A DNA stretch of 52,711 nucleotides from Streptosporangiaceae bacterium (GTDB lineage Bacteria; Actinomycetota; Actinomycetes; Streptosporangiales; Streptosporangiaceae): assembly GCA_035509195.1 (NCBI GenBank), contig DATJLT010000164.1, positions 1 through 52,711 of the forward strand, given 5' to 3'. Under the pieces are notes generated by a model that saw nothing but the letters and a program-made list of their open reading frames with translations, did not search any database and had not been told where the DNA came from. Positions 1 through 9,575 of this stretch are shown here, piece by piece. Each line of letters begins with the position of its first letter. The first letter of the stretch is position 1. The translations under genes and the position numbers were made by a program.

Positions 1-194
1 AGGATCGACGCCTGCGCCACAGTCTGCACCGACTTGGCCTGCTCAAGCTGCCGCAGGCAGTCGGCCCGCACTGACATTGGCACGTCGGACATGTCGGCGT
101 CAGCGAGCCGCCTGAGCCCGGTCAGCACCATGCTCATCGCCTCGCCCACGCTTCCGGCCGGGGCGGCGCCGAATCCCGAGTTGTCCTCGCACAT
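1..194 (-). CDS. DUF222 / HNH-endonuclease-family protein, N-terminal part only (CDS runs off the window start)
   Basis: Absent from the ORF track because it is truncated by the window edge. Minus-strand ATG at 192-194 opens MCEDNSGFGAAPAGSVGEAMSMVLTGLRRLADADMSDVPMSVRADCLRQLEQAKSVQTVAQASIL. This reads like the N-terminus of actinobacterial DUF222 (13E12-type) proteins. The plus-strand ORF 34..282 looks like its compositional shadow. Confidence 0.45.
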   Translation of the reverse strand, partial: MCEDNSGFGAAPAGSVGEAMSMVLTGLRRLADADMSDVPMSVRADCLRQLEQAKSVQTVAQASI

Positions 195-537
195 GAGACG
201 CCACCTCCCTCAAAAGGCGTGCGAAGGTTCAGTAACGAGCGAAGGAAGAATGCGCGCGCGAAGCGCGAGCCAAGGGGCCTGAAACGGAGGGCCGGTCAAC
301 CGGGAAATCTACTCAAGAAAGCGCGGACCAACATCTCATCCCGGCGACGCCATCTCTCTGCATCTACTCGCCACCCTACAACCCCCCACTGACAACCAGC
401 CGCGTCCAATTCGCGGTCGGGACTGTAAATTCAACGGCTCTGTCGCACTTTCGGGGTGGCGGCGTGTCAGGCGTGTGCACGGTGAGTCACGTGTGGCATG
501 GTAAGGCCTATGTAACATAAATGGACTTTCGGGAGTC

Positions 538-885
538 GTGTTCTCTGGGTTGTCGTCCTTGGTCATCGAGGATGTAACAGACCGCGACGAGGTGATCATG
601 GTGCGGGCGAGGACCCAGGGCGGCCTGGTGCCGTGCCCGCGGTGCGGCGGCCTGACCGGCCAGGTGCACGGGTACTGCGAGCGGACGGTGGCGGACGTGC
701 CGGCCAGCGGGCCTAAGAACGGACAAGAAAGGAAACCGGAAAGGCGCGTACCGCGAGCACCTGTGCGCCCGCCGCGCCGACGACCCCGCCGTACCGGTCC
801 GGCGGCTGTTCTCCGAAATCCGGGACCTGGGCTACACCGGCAGCATGAACCTGCTCTGCCGCTACATCACCTGCGGCAGCAGTTG
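538..885 (+). pseudogene. ISL3-family transposase remnant (internally deleted, frame changes, DDE core missing)
   Basis: ORF 538..984 begins FSGLSSLVIEDVTDRDEVIMVRARTQGGLVPCPRCGGLTGQVHGYCERTVADVP, the zinc-finger N-terminus typical of ISL3 transposases. The match is lost after about 710. A different frame (about 749-885) reads YREHLCARRADDPAVPVRRLFSEIRDLGYTGSMNLLCRYITCG, a transposase-type HTH segment. Nothing resembling the catalytic core lies between them. Confidence 0.6.
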
Positions 886-1236
886 CTGTACGGCCCACTG
901 GTTGCCGTCCGGGTCGGCGAAGAACAGGAACCGGCCCCAGTCGAGGTCCTGGATATCGCTTACCTTGGCGCCGCGCGCGGTTAGCTCGGCGTGGGCGGAC
1001 TCGATGTCCGCGACGACCATCTGCAGGCCACGCACGCTTCCCGGCTCGCCTTCGACCAGGCCCTTGCCGACCGCGATCGAGCAGGACGACCCTGGCGGGG
1101 TCAGCTGCACGAAGCGGATCTCGTCGCTGACTGTGTGGTCGTGGTCGGCGATGAAGCCGGCTGTCGCGGTGTAGAAGGCCTTTGCCCGGTCTACGTCTGA
1201 GACGGGGAGTACGACGAGTTCTAGCTTCCAGTCCAT
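862..1236 (-). CDS. VOC (glyoxalase/bleomycin-resistance/dioxygenase) family protein
   Basis: 124 aa. MDWKLELVVLPVSDVDRAKAFYT...FADPDGNQWAVQ is a typical single-domain VOC fold signature. It is divergent from a YafY regulator, a common pairing. Confidence 0.85.
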   Translation of the reverse strand: MDWKLELVVLPVSDVDRAKAFYTATAGFIADHDHTVSDEIRFVQLTPPGSSCSIAVGKGLVEGEPGSVRGLQMVVADIESAHAELTARGAKVSDIQDLDWGRFLFFADPDGNQWAVQQLLPQVM

Positions 1237-1328
1237 GTCTGGTCCTTTCCGCAGGTTGTTGAGGCGTAGCTTCAGGCTAGGCGGATATTAGGAAGACTTC
1301 GTTCCTGATCTTGAGGCAAGCTCAGGAC

Positions 1329-2285
1329 ATGCTGGAAACCTCCGCCCGGCTGCTGCGGCTGCTGTCGCTGCTGCAAACTCCGCGGGACTGGACAGGGACC
1401 GAGCTGGCCGGGCGGCTTGGGGTATCGGCCAGGACCGTCCGTAATGACGTGGGCAAGCTCCGCGACCTGGGATACCCGGTGGTGGCGACGCGCGGGCCGG
1501 CCGGCGGTTACCGGCTCGGCGCCGGGGCGGCGATGCCGCCGCTGCTGCTCGACGACGAGGAGGCGGTCGCGGTCGCGGTGGGGCTGCGGACCGCGGCCGG
1601 AGGCGCGATCGCCGGCATCGAGGAGACAGCGCTGCGCGCCCTGGCGAAGCTCGAGCAGGTGCTGCCCTCGCGGCTGCGGTCCCGTGTCGGGTCGCTGCAG
1701 TCGGTCATTACCCCCGTGCCGGCCGCGGCCGGGCCGCTCGTGGATCCGGACGTGCTCACCGCGATCGCCGCGGCGTGCCGGTCGCGGGAGCGGCTGCGGT
1801 TCTCCTACCTGGCTCATGACGGGACACCGAGCGATCGTGAGGCGGAGCCGTACCAGCTAGTGAACTGGGGGCGCCGCTGGTACCTGGTGGCGTTCGACGT
1901 GCGGCGCGGCGACTGGAGGACGTTCCGCGTCGACCGGGTCACGGTACGGACGCCGGGCGGCGGGCGGTTCACCCCGCGACCGCTGCCCGCCGAGGACCTG
2001 GCAATGTGGGTGTCGCGGCGGGCGGCGTACGCGGGGTGGCGGTACCAGGCGCGGGTGACCGTGTTCGCCCCGGCCGCCGCCGTGCTCGAGCGGATCGGGC
2101 CGTATGCCGGGACAGTGACCGAGGCCGGGGACGGGACGTGCGTGCTTGACACCGGCTCGGACAGCCTGCAGACGCTCGCCGCCTACCTCGGGATGCTCGG
2201 GCCTGAATTCCGCGTCGAGTCGCCGCCAGAACTGGCCGGCCACCTGCGCGAACTCGCGGACAGGTACCGGCGCGCTGTTTCCTAA
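1329..2285 (+). CDS. YafY-family transcriptional regulator (HTH + WYL domain)
   Basis: MLETSARLLRLLSLLQTPRDWTGTELAGRLGVSARTVRNDVGKLRDLGYPV is the canonical YafY N-terminus. The C-terminal half has the WYL-type RRWYLVAFDVRRGDWRTFRVDRV. Start moved to the in-frame ATG at 1329 (track ORF starts at 1311). Confidence 0.85.
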   Translation: MLETSARLLRLLSLLQTPRDWTGTELAGRLGVSARTVRNDVGKLRDLGYPVVATRGPAGGYRLGAGAAMPPLLLDDEEAVAVAVGLRTAAGGAIAGIEETALRALAKLEQVLPSRLRSRVGSLQSVITPVPAAAGPLVDPDVLTAIAAACRSRERLRFSYLAHDGTPSDREAEPYQLVNWGRRWYLVAFDVRRGDWRTFRVDRVTVRTPGGGRFTPRPLPAEDLAMWVSRRAAYAGWRYQARVTVFAPAAAVLERIGPYAGTVTEAGDGTCVLDTGSDSLQTLAAYLGMLGPEFRVESPPELAGHLRELADRYRRAVS

Positions 2286-3349
2286 GCGCCGAGCATTCCT
2301 GACAACGCCGCCACGACGAGGTCGCCGAGCGAGCCAAGGTCGTACCCGCCCTCCTGCACCGCCACTACTGGCAGCCCGAGCCCGGCAATCAGCGACCCGC
2401 CGCGCCGGTAACCGTCGGCGGTCACCCGCAGCGGGCTTTCCTGGTCGGCGTCGGCGGCGTCGACTCCCAAGGACACCACGACGGCATCGGCGCCGCGACT
2501 GCGGATGTCCTGGCACAGCGCGTCAACGCCAGCCAGCCAGCCCTCATCCCCGGTCCCTGGTGCTAGCGGCACGTTGAGGTTGGCGCCCAGGCCAACCCCT
2601 GACCCGCGCTCCGACCCGAACCCGACGTAGTGCGGGAACCACCCGGCGCCTGGGTCCACATGAACGCTCCCGTAGCGGACGTCGTCGCGTTCGTAGAAGA
2701 TCGCCTGGGTTCCGTTCCCGTGATGAGCATCGATGTCGATCACGGCGACCCTGTCGGCTCCGCCGCGCCGCAATGCCTCGGCCGCGAGAGCCGCGTTGTT
2801 CAGGTAACACGACCCGCCGTAACTAGCCGCGCCCGCGTGATGGCCTGGCGGCCGGCACAAGGCGTACACGAGCCTGACCTGCCCGGTCGCGACCAGGTCG
2901 GCCGCAGTCAGGGCGGCATCGGCCGCCGCGCGGATGGCCTCCCAGCTCCCCGGCCCGATCAGCGTCATCGTGTCGTAGCAGAACAGGCCCGTCTCGGCAT
3001 GCACGGCGGCCGGCTGACGCGCCGGCAAAGATCCGAGCAGCCCGGCCGAGGGAAACACGTAAGGCACCACCCGGTGGCGCCCGAACGAGGTGACGTATCC
3101 GCCAGCCTCCCACCGCCGCCAGATCGTCGACAGATGCTCGATCAGCGCCGCGTCGTGCACCGTGAGCAGCGCCTCATCGGGATGCCGCTCCGCGGGCACC
3201 CGAACGCAGCCCGCCGAGGTCAGAGCCGCCAGCAGCACAGACGCCCGCTCGGGCACCTCGGTCCCTTCCTCCCATACCCCCAGCCACACCTCCCCGCCAG
3301 GCTCATGCAGCAAGCACTCTTCCGACCAGACCACAGGCACCGCGATCAC
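2282..3349 (-). CDS. histone-deacetylase-family amidohydrolase (acetoin-utilisation / acetylpolyamine type)
   Basis: 355 aa with RPPGHHA and DIDAHHGNGTQAIFY, the HDAC-superfamily zinc/active-site motifs. Confidence 0.85.
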   Translation of the reverse strand: MIAVPVVWSEECLLHEPGGEVWLGVWEEGTEVPERASVLLAALTSAGCVRVPAERHPDEALLTVHDAALIEHLSTIWRRWEAGGYVTSFGRHRVVPYVFPSAGLLGSLPARQPAAVHAETGLFCYDTMTLIGPGSWEAIRAAADAALTAADLVATGQVRLVYALCRPPGHHAGAASYGGSCYLNNAALAAEALRRGGADRVAVIDIDAHHGNGTQAIFYERDDVRYGSVHVDPGAGWFPHYVGFGSERGSGVGLGANLNVPLAPGTGDEGWLAGVDALCQDIRSRGADAVVVSLGVDAADADQESPLRVTADGYRRGGSLIAGLGLPVVAVQEGGYDLGSLGDLVVAALSGMLGA

Positions 3350-3363
3350 CAGGCAACCCTCCC

Positions 3364-4449
3364 ATGAGTGATGATGGCGTGGTGACTCGCGCCGCGGACC
3401 TCGGTATCAGCATCGGAATCATGCGGAAGGGTCGGACGGGCTCGGTCACCGACGTCCAGGGCGTCGGGGTCGGGCACGCGACCGTCTGGCGTGACGAGCC
3501 GCCGCCGCCGCAAGGCCGCGGCATCGCCAGGACCGGTGTCACGGTCCTCGATCCAGGCGGCAACCTCTTCCGCGAGCCGGTCCCCGCAGGCGGCGCGGTG
3601 CTGAACGGCGCGGGGGAGTGCACCGGGTTCCTCGGGGCGGCCGAATGGGGCCTCGCCGAGACGCCTGTGTTCCTGACCAGCACGATGCAGGTCGGCCGGG
3701 TCTACGACGCCGCCTGCGAACTGCTGATGGCCGAAGATGACGGCATCGGCGCGGAAGACGTGCTCATCCCGATCGTGGCCGAGTGCGACGACAGCTACCT
3801 CAGCGAGTCCCGCCGGATGCAGGTGACCAAGGAAGACGTCAGGCAGGCGCTCGATGCGGCCAGGACGAGAACGGCCCCCGAGGAGGGCGCGGTCGGCGCG
3901 GGGACAGGCATGTCCTGCCTCGGCTTCAAGGGCGGCATCGGCACGTCGTCGAGGCTGACGCCGTCAGGGCACGCGGTTGGCGTTCTTGTCCTCACCAACT
4001 TCGGCAGCCAGGAGCGCCTGACCATCGACGGAGTCCCGGTCGGCCGCCTGCTTCCTGCCGCACCGGAGCGGGCGAGAACGGCAGGCTCGTGCATCGTCGT
4101 GACCGTGACCGACGCGCCGCTCGATTCCGCCGCCTGCGCGCGGCTGGCTCGCCGGGCCGGGCTCGGCCTGGCCAGGACCGGCTCGACCGCCAGCCACGGC
4201 AGCGGCGAGATCTTCCTCGCCCTCGCCACCGGCCTGCGCCGGCCAGGAGAAGGCGGGCCCAAGATCACCGGCTGGGACCTTGACCCGTTCTTCGCCGCCG
4301 CCGTCGAGGCGACCGAGGAAGCCGTCATCAACAGCCTGCTCGCTGCCCCGACCGTGACCGGCCGCGACGGCAACACCTCGCAGGGACTGCCAGCCGATCG
4401 GGTCAGGGACATCATGGCCGCCGCCTACCAGGCACGGGCACGCGCATGA
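3364..4449 (+). CDS. P1 (S58/DmpA-type) aminopeptidase family protein
   Basis: 361 aa. ITDVQGVGVGHATV...GVTVL and GTGMSCLGFKGGIGTSS are typical of DmpA/L-aminopeptidase-like self-processing peptidases. The stop overlaps the next start (ATGA at 4446-4449). Confidence 0.75.
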   Translation: MSDDGVVTRAADLGISIGIMRKGRTGSVTDVQGVGVGHATVWRDEPPPPQGRGIARTGVTVLDPGGNLFREPVPAGGAVLNGAGECTGFLGAAEWGLAETPVFLTSTMQVGRVYDAACELLMAEDDGIGAEDVLIPIVAECDDSYLSESRRMQVTKEDVRQALDAARTRTAPEEGAVGAGTGMSCLGFKGGIGTSSRLTPSGHAVGVLVLTNFGSQERLTIDGVPVGRLLPAAPERARTAGSCIVVTVTDAPLDSAACARLARRAGLGLARTGSTASHGSGEIFLALATGLRRPGEGGPKITGWDLDPFFAAAVEATEEAVINSLLAAPTVTGRDGNTSQGLPADRVRDIMAAAYQARARA

Positions 4450-6497
4450 ACCCGCCGGAAGCTCCAAGGATCCCGGTCACCACGACCAGGCACGGCCAAG
4501 AGGAAACCGACGACTACGCCTGGATGCGTGACCACGAGGACCAGAGGCTACGCGACTACCTCACCGCCGAGCGCGCCTGCTACGACGCGAGCGCCGCGAG
4601 GTGGGCGGACCTGACCGATCGTCTCTTCGTTGAGTCGACCGGCAGGCTTCCCGACGGGGACAGCAGCGTCGACTGGCCCCTCTCAGGTTTTGTCTATCGC
4701 ACCAGGACCCCGCCTGGGGCGGAAAACCTGCAGTTTCTCCGGTCAAGGGCAGGAGAATCTTCTGAACAGCTGCTCCTCGACGAGAACACCATTGGGGATC
4801 AAGGCTACGTGGAGGTCGCAGACCGGCTGCCGAGCCCCGACGGCAGGCTTCTCGCCTGGTCGGCCGACCTCACCGGCGCCGAGATTTACCAGGTCAGGAT
4901 CAGGGATCTGGGGACGGGCAAAGACCGGCCCGACCTGATCGAGCGCGCCTACCCCGGCCTTGCCTGGTCATCGGACTCCTGCCACCTCTTCTACCTGGTC
5001 CCTGACCACCTGAACCGCCCCTACCAGGTCTGGCGGCACGAACTCGGCCAGCCGGCGACGGCCGACACGCTCCTCTACACGGAGACCGACGCCAGGTACG
5101 AGCTCACCCTGCACGGCTCGCGAAGCGGCGAGTATGCCGTGATCACGTCGGCCTCCCGCGACACCACCGAGGTAAGGCTGATCCCGCTCGCGGACCCGCT
5201 GGCCAGCCCTCGCGTGCTCAGGCCCCGCAGGCGGGGCGTCGAGTACCACGTCGACCACGCCCGCACCGGCACGTTTTACGTGGTAACTGACGAGGAAAAC
5301 CAAGAATTCTCTCTGCAAAAAAGCACCATAGACGGCCAAGCCGGGACCTGGACAGGCATGGCCTGCCCCGCCGTGGCGCCCGCCCGCGATGACACCAGGC
5401 TGCATCGCTGCGACGTCGTCGGGGACAGGCTCGTCCTGACCTTGCGCCGGGCGGGCGCCCCGTTGCTCGCGATCTCCGACCTGGACGGCGGCCAGGTCAT
5501 CGAGGTACCAGCCAGCATCCCGGCCGCCTCGATCAGGATCGAGCACGCCGAGGACTACGAGGCGGGCTCGGTCATCATCGCCGAGGAGTCACTGGTACAG
5601 CCGCCCGCCTGGTACCGGCTTGACCTCGCGACCGGCGAGCGCGAGTTGCTGAAACGCCGCGAGGTCCCCGGCTACGACCCTGACAGGTACCTGACCGAAG
5701 TGATCTGCGCCGTGGCCAGGGACGGCACGAAGATCCCCGTGACGCTCGCGTACCTGACGGAGACCAGGCTCGACGGCACGGCGCCCTGCCTGCTTTACGG
5801 CTACGGCGCGTACGAAGAGTGCTCAGATCCCGAGTTCACCGCGGGTTTGCCTTCGCTGCTTGACCGTGGCGTCGTCTACGCGATCGCGCATGTGCGGGGC
5901 GGCGGCGAGGGCGGACGTAGCTGGTGGCAGCAGGGCAGGCTGCGGACCAAGCCGACGACGTTTACTGACTTCATCGACGTCGCCGACTGGCTGGACGAGT
6001 CAGGGGTGGTCGACGGCCGCAAGATCGCGGCCAACGGCCTGTCCGCTGGCGGCCTCCTCGTCGGCGCGGTCTACTCGATGCGTCCTGGCCGCTGGTGCGG
6101 CGTCGTCGCCGAAGTGCCGTTCGTCGACTGCGTGACGACCATGCTCGACCCTGACATCCCGCTGACCATCAACGAATGGGACGAGTGGGGCGACCCGCGT
6201 GACGCCGGGGACTACGCCTGCATCAGGTCGTACTCGCCGTACGACAACCCGCCTGCCGGGCCCCGGCCGCCGCTCCTTGTCACCGGCGCGATCGAGGATC
6301 CCAGGGTCGGCGTGCACGAGCCGGCCAAGTGGGTCGCCAGGCTCAGGGCGACCTCGCCAGACGGGCAGCCGTCACTGCTGTTCCGAGCCGAAGTCGGGGC
6401 CGGCGCCCACACGGGCCCGTCGGGCAGGTTCGCGCAGGCCAGCTACGACGCCGAGGTCAACGCGTTCGTACTCAGCTCGATGGGCATCAGCTCGTAA
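4446..6497 (+). CDS. ptrB: oligopeptidase B (S9A prolyl-oligopeptidase family serine protease)
   Basis: 683 aa. The N-terminus DDYAWMRDHEDQRLRDYLTAERAC matches protease II. The nucleophile elbow is GLSAGGLLVG. It has a C-terminal alpha/beta-hydrolase domain. Confidence 0.8.
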   Translation: MNPPEAPRIPVTTTRHGQEETDDYAWMRDHEDQRLRDYLTAERACYDASAARWADLTDRLFVESTGRLPDGDSSVDWPLSGFVYRTRTPPGAENLQFLRSRAGESSEQLLLDENTIGDQGYVEVADRLPSPDGRLLAWSADLTGAEIYQVRIRDLGTGKDRPDLIERAYPGLAWSSDSCHLFYLVPDHLNRPYQVWRHELGQPATADTLLYTETDARYELTLHGSRSGEYAVITSASRDTTEVRLIPLADPLASPRVLRPRRRGVEYHVDHARTGTFYVVTDEENQEFSLQKSTIDGQAGTWTGMACPAVAPARDDTRLHRCDVVGDRLVLTLRRAGAPLLAISDLDGGQVIEVPASIPAASIRIEHAEDYEAGSVIIAEESLVQPPAWYRLDLATGERELLKRREVPGYDPDRYLTEVICAVARDGTKIPVTLAYLTETRLDGTAPCLLYGYGAYEECSDPEFTAGLPSLLDRGVVYAIAHVRGGGEGGRSWWQQGRLRTKPTTFTDFIDVADWLDESGVVDGRKIAANGLSAGGLLVGAVYSMRPGRWCGVVAEVPFVDCVTTMLDPDIPLTINEWDEWGDPRDAGDYACIRSYSPYDNPPAGPRPPLLVTGAIEDPRVGVHEPAKWVARLRATSPDGQPSLLFRAEVGAGAHTGPSGRFAQASYDAEVNAFVLSSMGISS

Positions 6498-7497
6498 CCA
6501 GCTCAGACGGCTGCTTGCCAGGCTGCCCGGCACCGACGGCGGCGTAGAAGGTGCCGATCCTGGCCACGCTGTTGAGGTTCTCCGCCTGCTTCACCGGCAC
6601 GGCGCCGGTCACCTTGCCGCCCGCGACGCTTACGATCGTTCCCCATTGCAACTCGCCCGAGCCTTCTGGCGCGTTCTCAAGGCCTACGGCGGTGCACTTC
6701 GCGCCGCTGCACGCGATGCCGGCCAGGTCGCTTGGAGTCTTGCTCGCCGAGCCGATCGCGCCGTTCTTGACCGTAACGGCGATGCCGCCGCTGACGGTGT
6801 ATCCGGCGGCGTAACAGGTCGACTTGCTGACGCACGAGACGCCGTAGAGAGAGTCGCCGTTCGCGGTGTGCAGCTTGCCCGCCTTGGTGCCAGAGACGAC
6901 CAGGCTCAAGCCCGTGATCCTCGCTGACGAGTCCGTGTACCCGACGATGTCGCACTTTCCGCCCGCGCAGGACACGTCCTGAATCGAGGTCAGCGTCGTG
7001 TGCTTGAGAGACGAGATCGCGCGAAGGCTCAGTTTCTTGCCGTTCCATGAGCCAAAGACGATCTTCCACGGTGTCGAGACGATGTTGACCCCGGCGACCT
7101 CGCAGCTTGTCAGCTTCGTACAGGAGATGTCGGTGATGTCGTCTGTGCCGTCGGCGGCCGTCTTCGTCCCGTTCACGATGCCCGATTTACCGATGCTGAC
7201 GAATTCGGCGCCTACGCCGCTGCTCGGGTCGGCGAGCGCAACGCATCCAGACGAGTTCGGGCAGCTTACGCTCTCAACGCGCGACGTTTTGTGAACGACG
7301 GACACGTGACCAGGCTTCCCGTTGCGGACCGCGACAACGTCGCCGGTGCTGAAGCTGTTGTAGCCGGCCGCCACGCATAGCGTCTTGCTCAGGCAGGACA
7401 CCTCGTACTGAATGCCGTTGAGTCCCTTGGTGACCAGCCCGGCGGGGACGGCGGTCGCGGCGGCCGCGGCGATCGCAAGGAACATACGCAATGACAT
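6487..7497 (-). CDS. secreted repeat protein with six Cys-pair modules, unknown function
   Basis: 336 aa. Signal peptide MSLRMFLAIAAAAATAVPAG. Composition is K/S/T-rich and Arg-poor, unlike GC-artefact ORFs. It has six roughly 45-50 aa repeats, each containing [VI]SC-x(4-6)-C-x-A-x-G. Confidence 0.6.
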   Translation of the reverse strand: MSLRMFLAIAAAAATAVPAGLVTKGLNGIQYEVSCLSKTLCVAAGYNSFSTGDVVAVRNGKPGHVSVVHKTSRVESVSCPNSSGCVALADPSSGVGAEFVSIGKSGIVNGTKTAADGTDDITDISCTKLTSCEVAGVNIVSTPWKIVFGSWNGKKLSLRAISSLKHTTLTSIQDVSCAGGKCDIVGYTDSSARITGLSLVVSGTKAGKLHTANGDSLYGVSCVSKSTCYAAGYTVSGGIAVTVKNGAIGSASKTPSDLAGIACSGAKCTAVGLENAPEGSGELQWGTIVSVAGGKVTGAVPVKQAENLNSVARIGTFYAAVGAGQPGKQPSELVTS

Positions 7498-7510
7498 GGG
7501 GCAAATGTAA

Positions 7511-8623
7511 GTGCCACCATGCCTTATGCCAATACCCCCCAGCGAACAGCAAAGGTCCCAAACCGCTGAGCTTGAGGCGCTGCGTGACGCTTGCCCTCAG
7601 TGGCTGGCCGGACACGGACCGGTCACGGCCAGCCGGCTGCTTTCCTCGATCCCGCCTGACACGAAGGTGGACAGGTACGGTGACGGCGGGGTGGTGGCCG
7701 AGCTTGAGGCCGAGGTGGCCCGCCTGCTCGGCAAGCCGGCCGCTGTCTTCTGCCCGAGCGGGACGATGGCACAGCAGGCCGTGCTGCGAGTGCACGCCGA
7801 TCAGCGAGGCAGGCGCACGATCGTGTTCCATCCGATGTGCCACCTTGAACAGCATGAAGAACAGGCCTACCAGCGCCTGCACGGTCTCATCGGCCGTACG
7901 GCCGGCGATCCTCATCGCCTGATCACGCTGGCCGATCTCGACTCCATAGCCGAGCCCGTTGCTTCTTTGCTGATCGAACTGCCGCAGCGCGATATCGGCG
8001 GGCAGCAGCCAGACCTTGATGACCTGGCAGAACAGTGCCGCTGGGCGGCGCGGACCGGCGCGGCCGCGCACCTGGACGGCGCGCGGCTGTGGGAGTCAGC
8101 AGCGGGGTACGGGAGACCGCCGTCGGAGATCGCGGCGCTGTTCGACACCGTGTACGTGTCCTTCTACAAGGGCATCGGCGCGCTGCCCGGCTGCTGCGTG
8201 GCCGGCCCGCCGGAGGTGATCGCGCAGGTCAGGGACTGGCGCCGGCGGATGGGCGGCACGCTATTCGGCCTTTGGCCGAACGCCGCTTCCGCGCTGAGCC
8301 TGCTTGCCGTGCAGTTGCCGAAGATGCCGGCGTACCTGGAGCACGCACGGGCAATCGCGGCCGCGCTGCGTGAGGTGCCAGGGCTGCGGGTCGTACCTGA
8401 CCCGCCGCAGACGTCAATGATGCATCTCCTGCTCGTGACGACCGGGGAACGGTTCGCTCAGGTCGCGCGGCAACTCGCCGCCGAACGGGGAGTGTGGACC
8501 TGGGCAGAGCCGATGAGCACCCCGGACCCCGGCGTGCAGCGGGTAGAACTGTCTGTCGGCAACGCGACGCTCGAGCTAAGCCCCGCCGAAGCCGCCGGCG
8601 TCCTCGCGAGCTTCGTCGAGTAG
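7511..8623 (+). CDS. threonine aldolase / beta-eliminating lyase family PLP enzyme
   Basis: 370 aa. GKPAAVFCPSGTMAQQ and VYVSFYKGIGALPG (candidate PLP-lysine segment) resemble low-specificity threonine aldolases. The true start may be the ATG at 7526. Confidence 0.7.
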   Translation: MPPCLMPIPPSEQQRSQTAELEALRDACPQWLAGHGPVTASRLLSSIPPDTKVDRYGDGGVVAELEAEVARLLGKPAAVFCPSGTMAQQAVLRVHADQRGRRTIVFHPMCHLEQHEEQAYQRLHGLIGRTAGDPHRLITLADLDSIAEPVASLLIELPQRDIGGQQPDLDDLAEQCRWAARTGAAAHLDGARLWESAAGYGRPPSEIAALFDTVYVSFYKGIGALPGCCVAGPPEVIAQVRDWRRRMGGTLFGLWPNAASALSLLAVQLPKMPAYLEHARAIAAALREVPGLRVVPDPPQTSMMHLLLVTTGERFAQVARQLAAERGVWTWAEPMSTPDPGVQRVELSVGNATLELSPAEAAGVLASFVE

Positions 8624-8630
8624 CCGGGGT

Positions 8631-9575
8631 TCAGCGAAGGTTCAGCGCCGGTCTCGCTTCCCAGGTGGTCCACAGCGGCCGGTAGCCCTGCTGGCTCCAG
8701 AACGGCACGGACAGCGGGTTGGCCTGGGAGTAATGCAGCAAGGTGATCGCGATGCCCGCCGCGTCGAGTTCGGCGTGACAATGAGCCACCAGGTCCGCGC
8801 CGATCCCCGAGGCTCGCTCGGCCGTCCGCACGATGCCCTGCTGCAGGTACGCGACGGGCGACAACCCGGTGAGAGGCGCGATCCACTGGGCGGTCTCGGG
8901 GGGCTCGGTGACGACAAGGCCGACCGGCACGCCGTCACGCTCGGCCAGCCAGGCCCACGGCGCGGGGCCGGCGAGAAGTCCTTCGCAGTCCCTGCGCAGG
9001 CCCTCCTCCGTATGCGGCCGCTCCACGACCTCGCCGAAGTACGCGTCGTACCTGACCAGATCAAGGCCCAGGTCCGTGACGGCGTCGAGGTCGGCGGGAC
9101 CCGCGCGCCTGATCGTGATGCCGTCCGCACGCCCAAAAGGCGGCAGGGCGGACCTCGCGGTTCTCGCCGCGATCACGGCGAGCGGCGCGAGGCCGTGCGC
9201 CAGCAATGCCCTGATGCCTTCGACGTCGCGGCTCGGCCAGGTCACGACGGCCGCCGAGTCGGCGTCCTTGACTTCCTCGATACCGGCCAGGTGCTCCTGC
9301 CACTTCGTGATGAGCTGGTCCAGCGCGCCGCCGATGTCCTGGCCAGCGACGCTCGGCCGCAGGCTGAAACGGTGCGCCGCGCCCCAGGTCAGCGACATCG
9401 AACCTGGCTCGCCCGTCCAGTGGTCACAGGTGGCGACCCCGGTGAGCCGGCCGGAATCGTCGGCCGCCGTGAAGGTGGCGCCGCATCCGGCTGGCGGCTC
9501 GTGCCAGGCAGGCAACAGCGGGTCAAGTGCGAGCAGGCGCTGCCAGGCGGCAGCCCTCAGGTCATCAGGTGTCAT
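8631..9575 (-). CDS. GNAT-family N-acetyltransferase (two-lobed)
   Basis: 314 aa. The C-terminal GIVRTAERASGIGADLVAHCHAELDAAGIAITLLHYSQANPLSVPFWSQQGYRP is a GNAT motif A/B region. Confidence 0.75.
   Translation of the reverse strand: MTPDDLRAAAWQRLLALDPLLPAWHEPPAGCGATFTAADDSGRLTGVATCDHWTGEPGSMSLTWGAAHRFSLRPSVAGQDIGGALDQLITKWQEHLAGIEEVKDADSAAVVTWPSRDVEGIRALLAHGLAPLAVIAARTARSALPPFGRADGITIRRAGPADLDAVTDLGLDLVRYDAYFGEVVERPHTEEGLRRDCEGLLAGPAPWAWLAERDGVPVGLVVTEPPETAQWIAPLTGLSPVAYLQQGIVRTAERASGIGADLVAHCHAELDAAGIAITLLHYSQANPLSVPFWSQQGYRPLWTTWEARPALNLR

Noticed and set aside
34-282. Plus-strand 82-aa ORF at the window start
   Set aside because: The opposite strand encodes a recognisable DUF222 N-terminus. 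The plus-strand product is compositionally artefactual.
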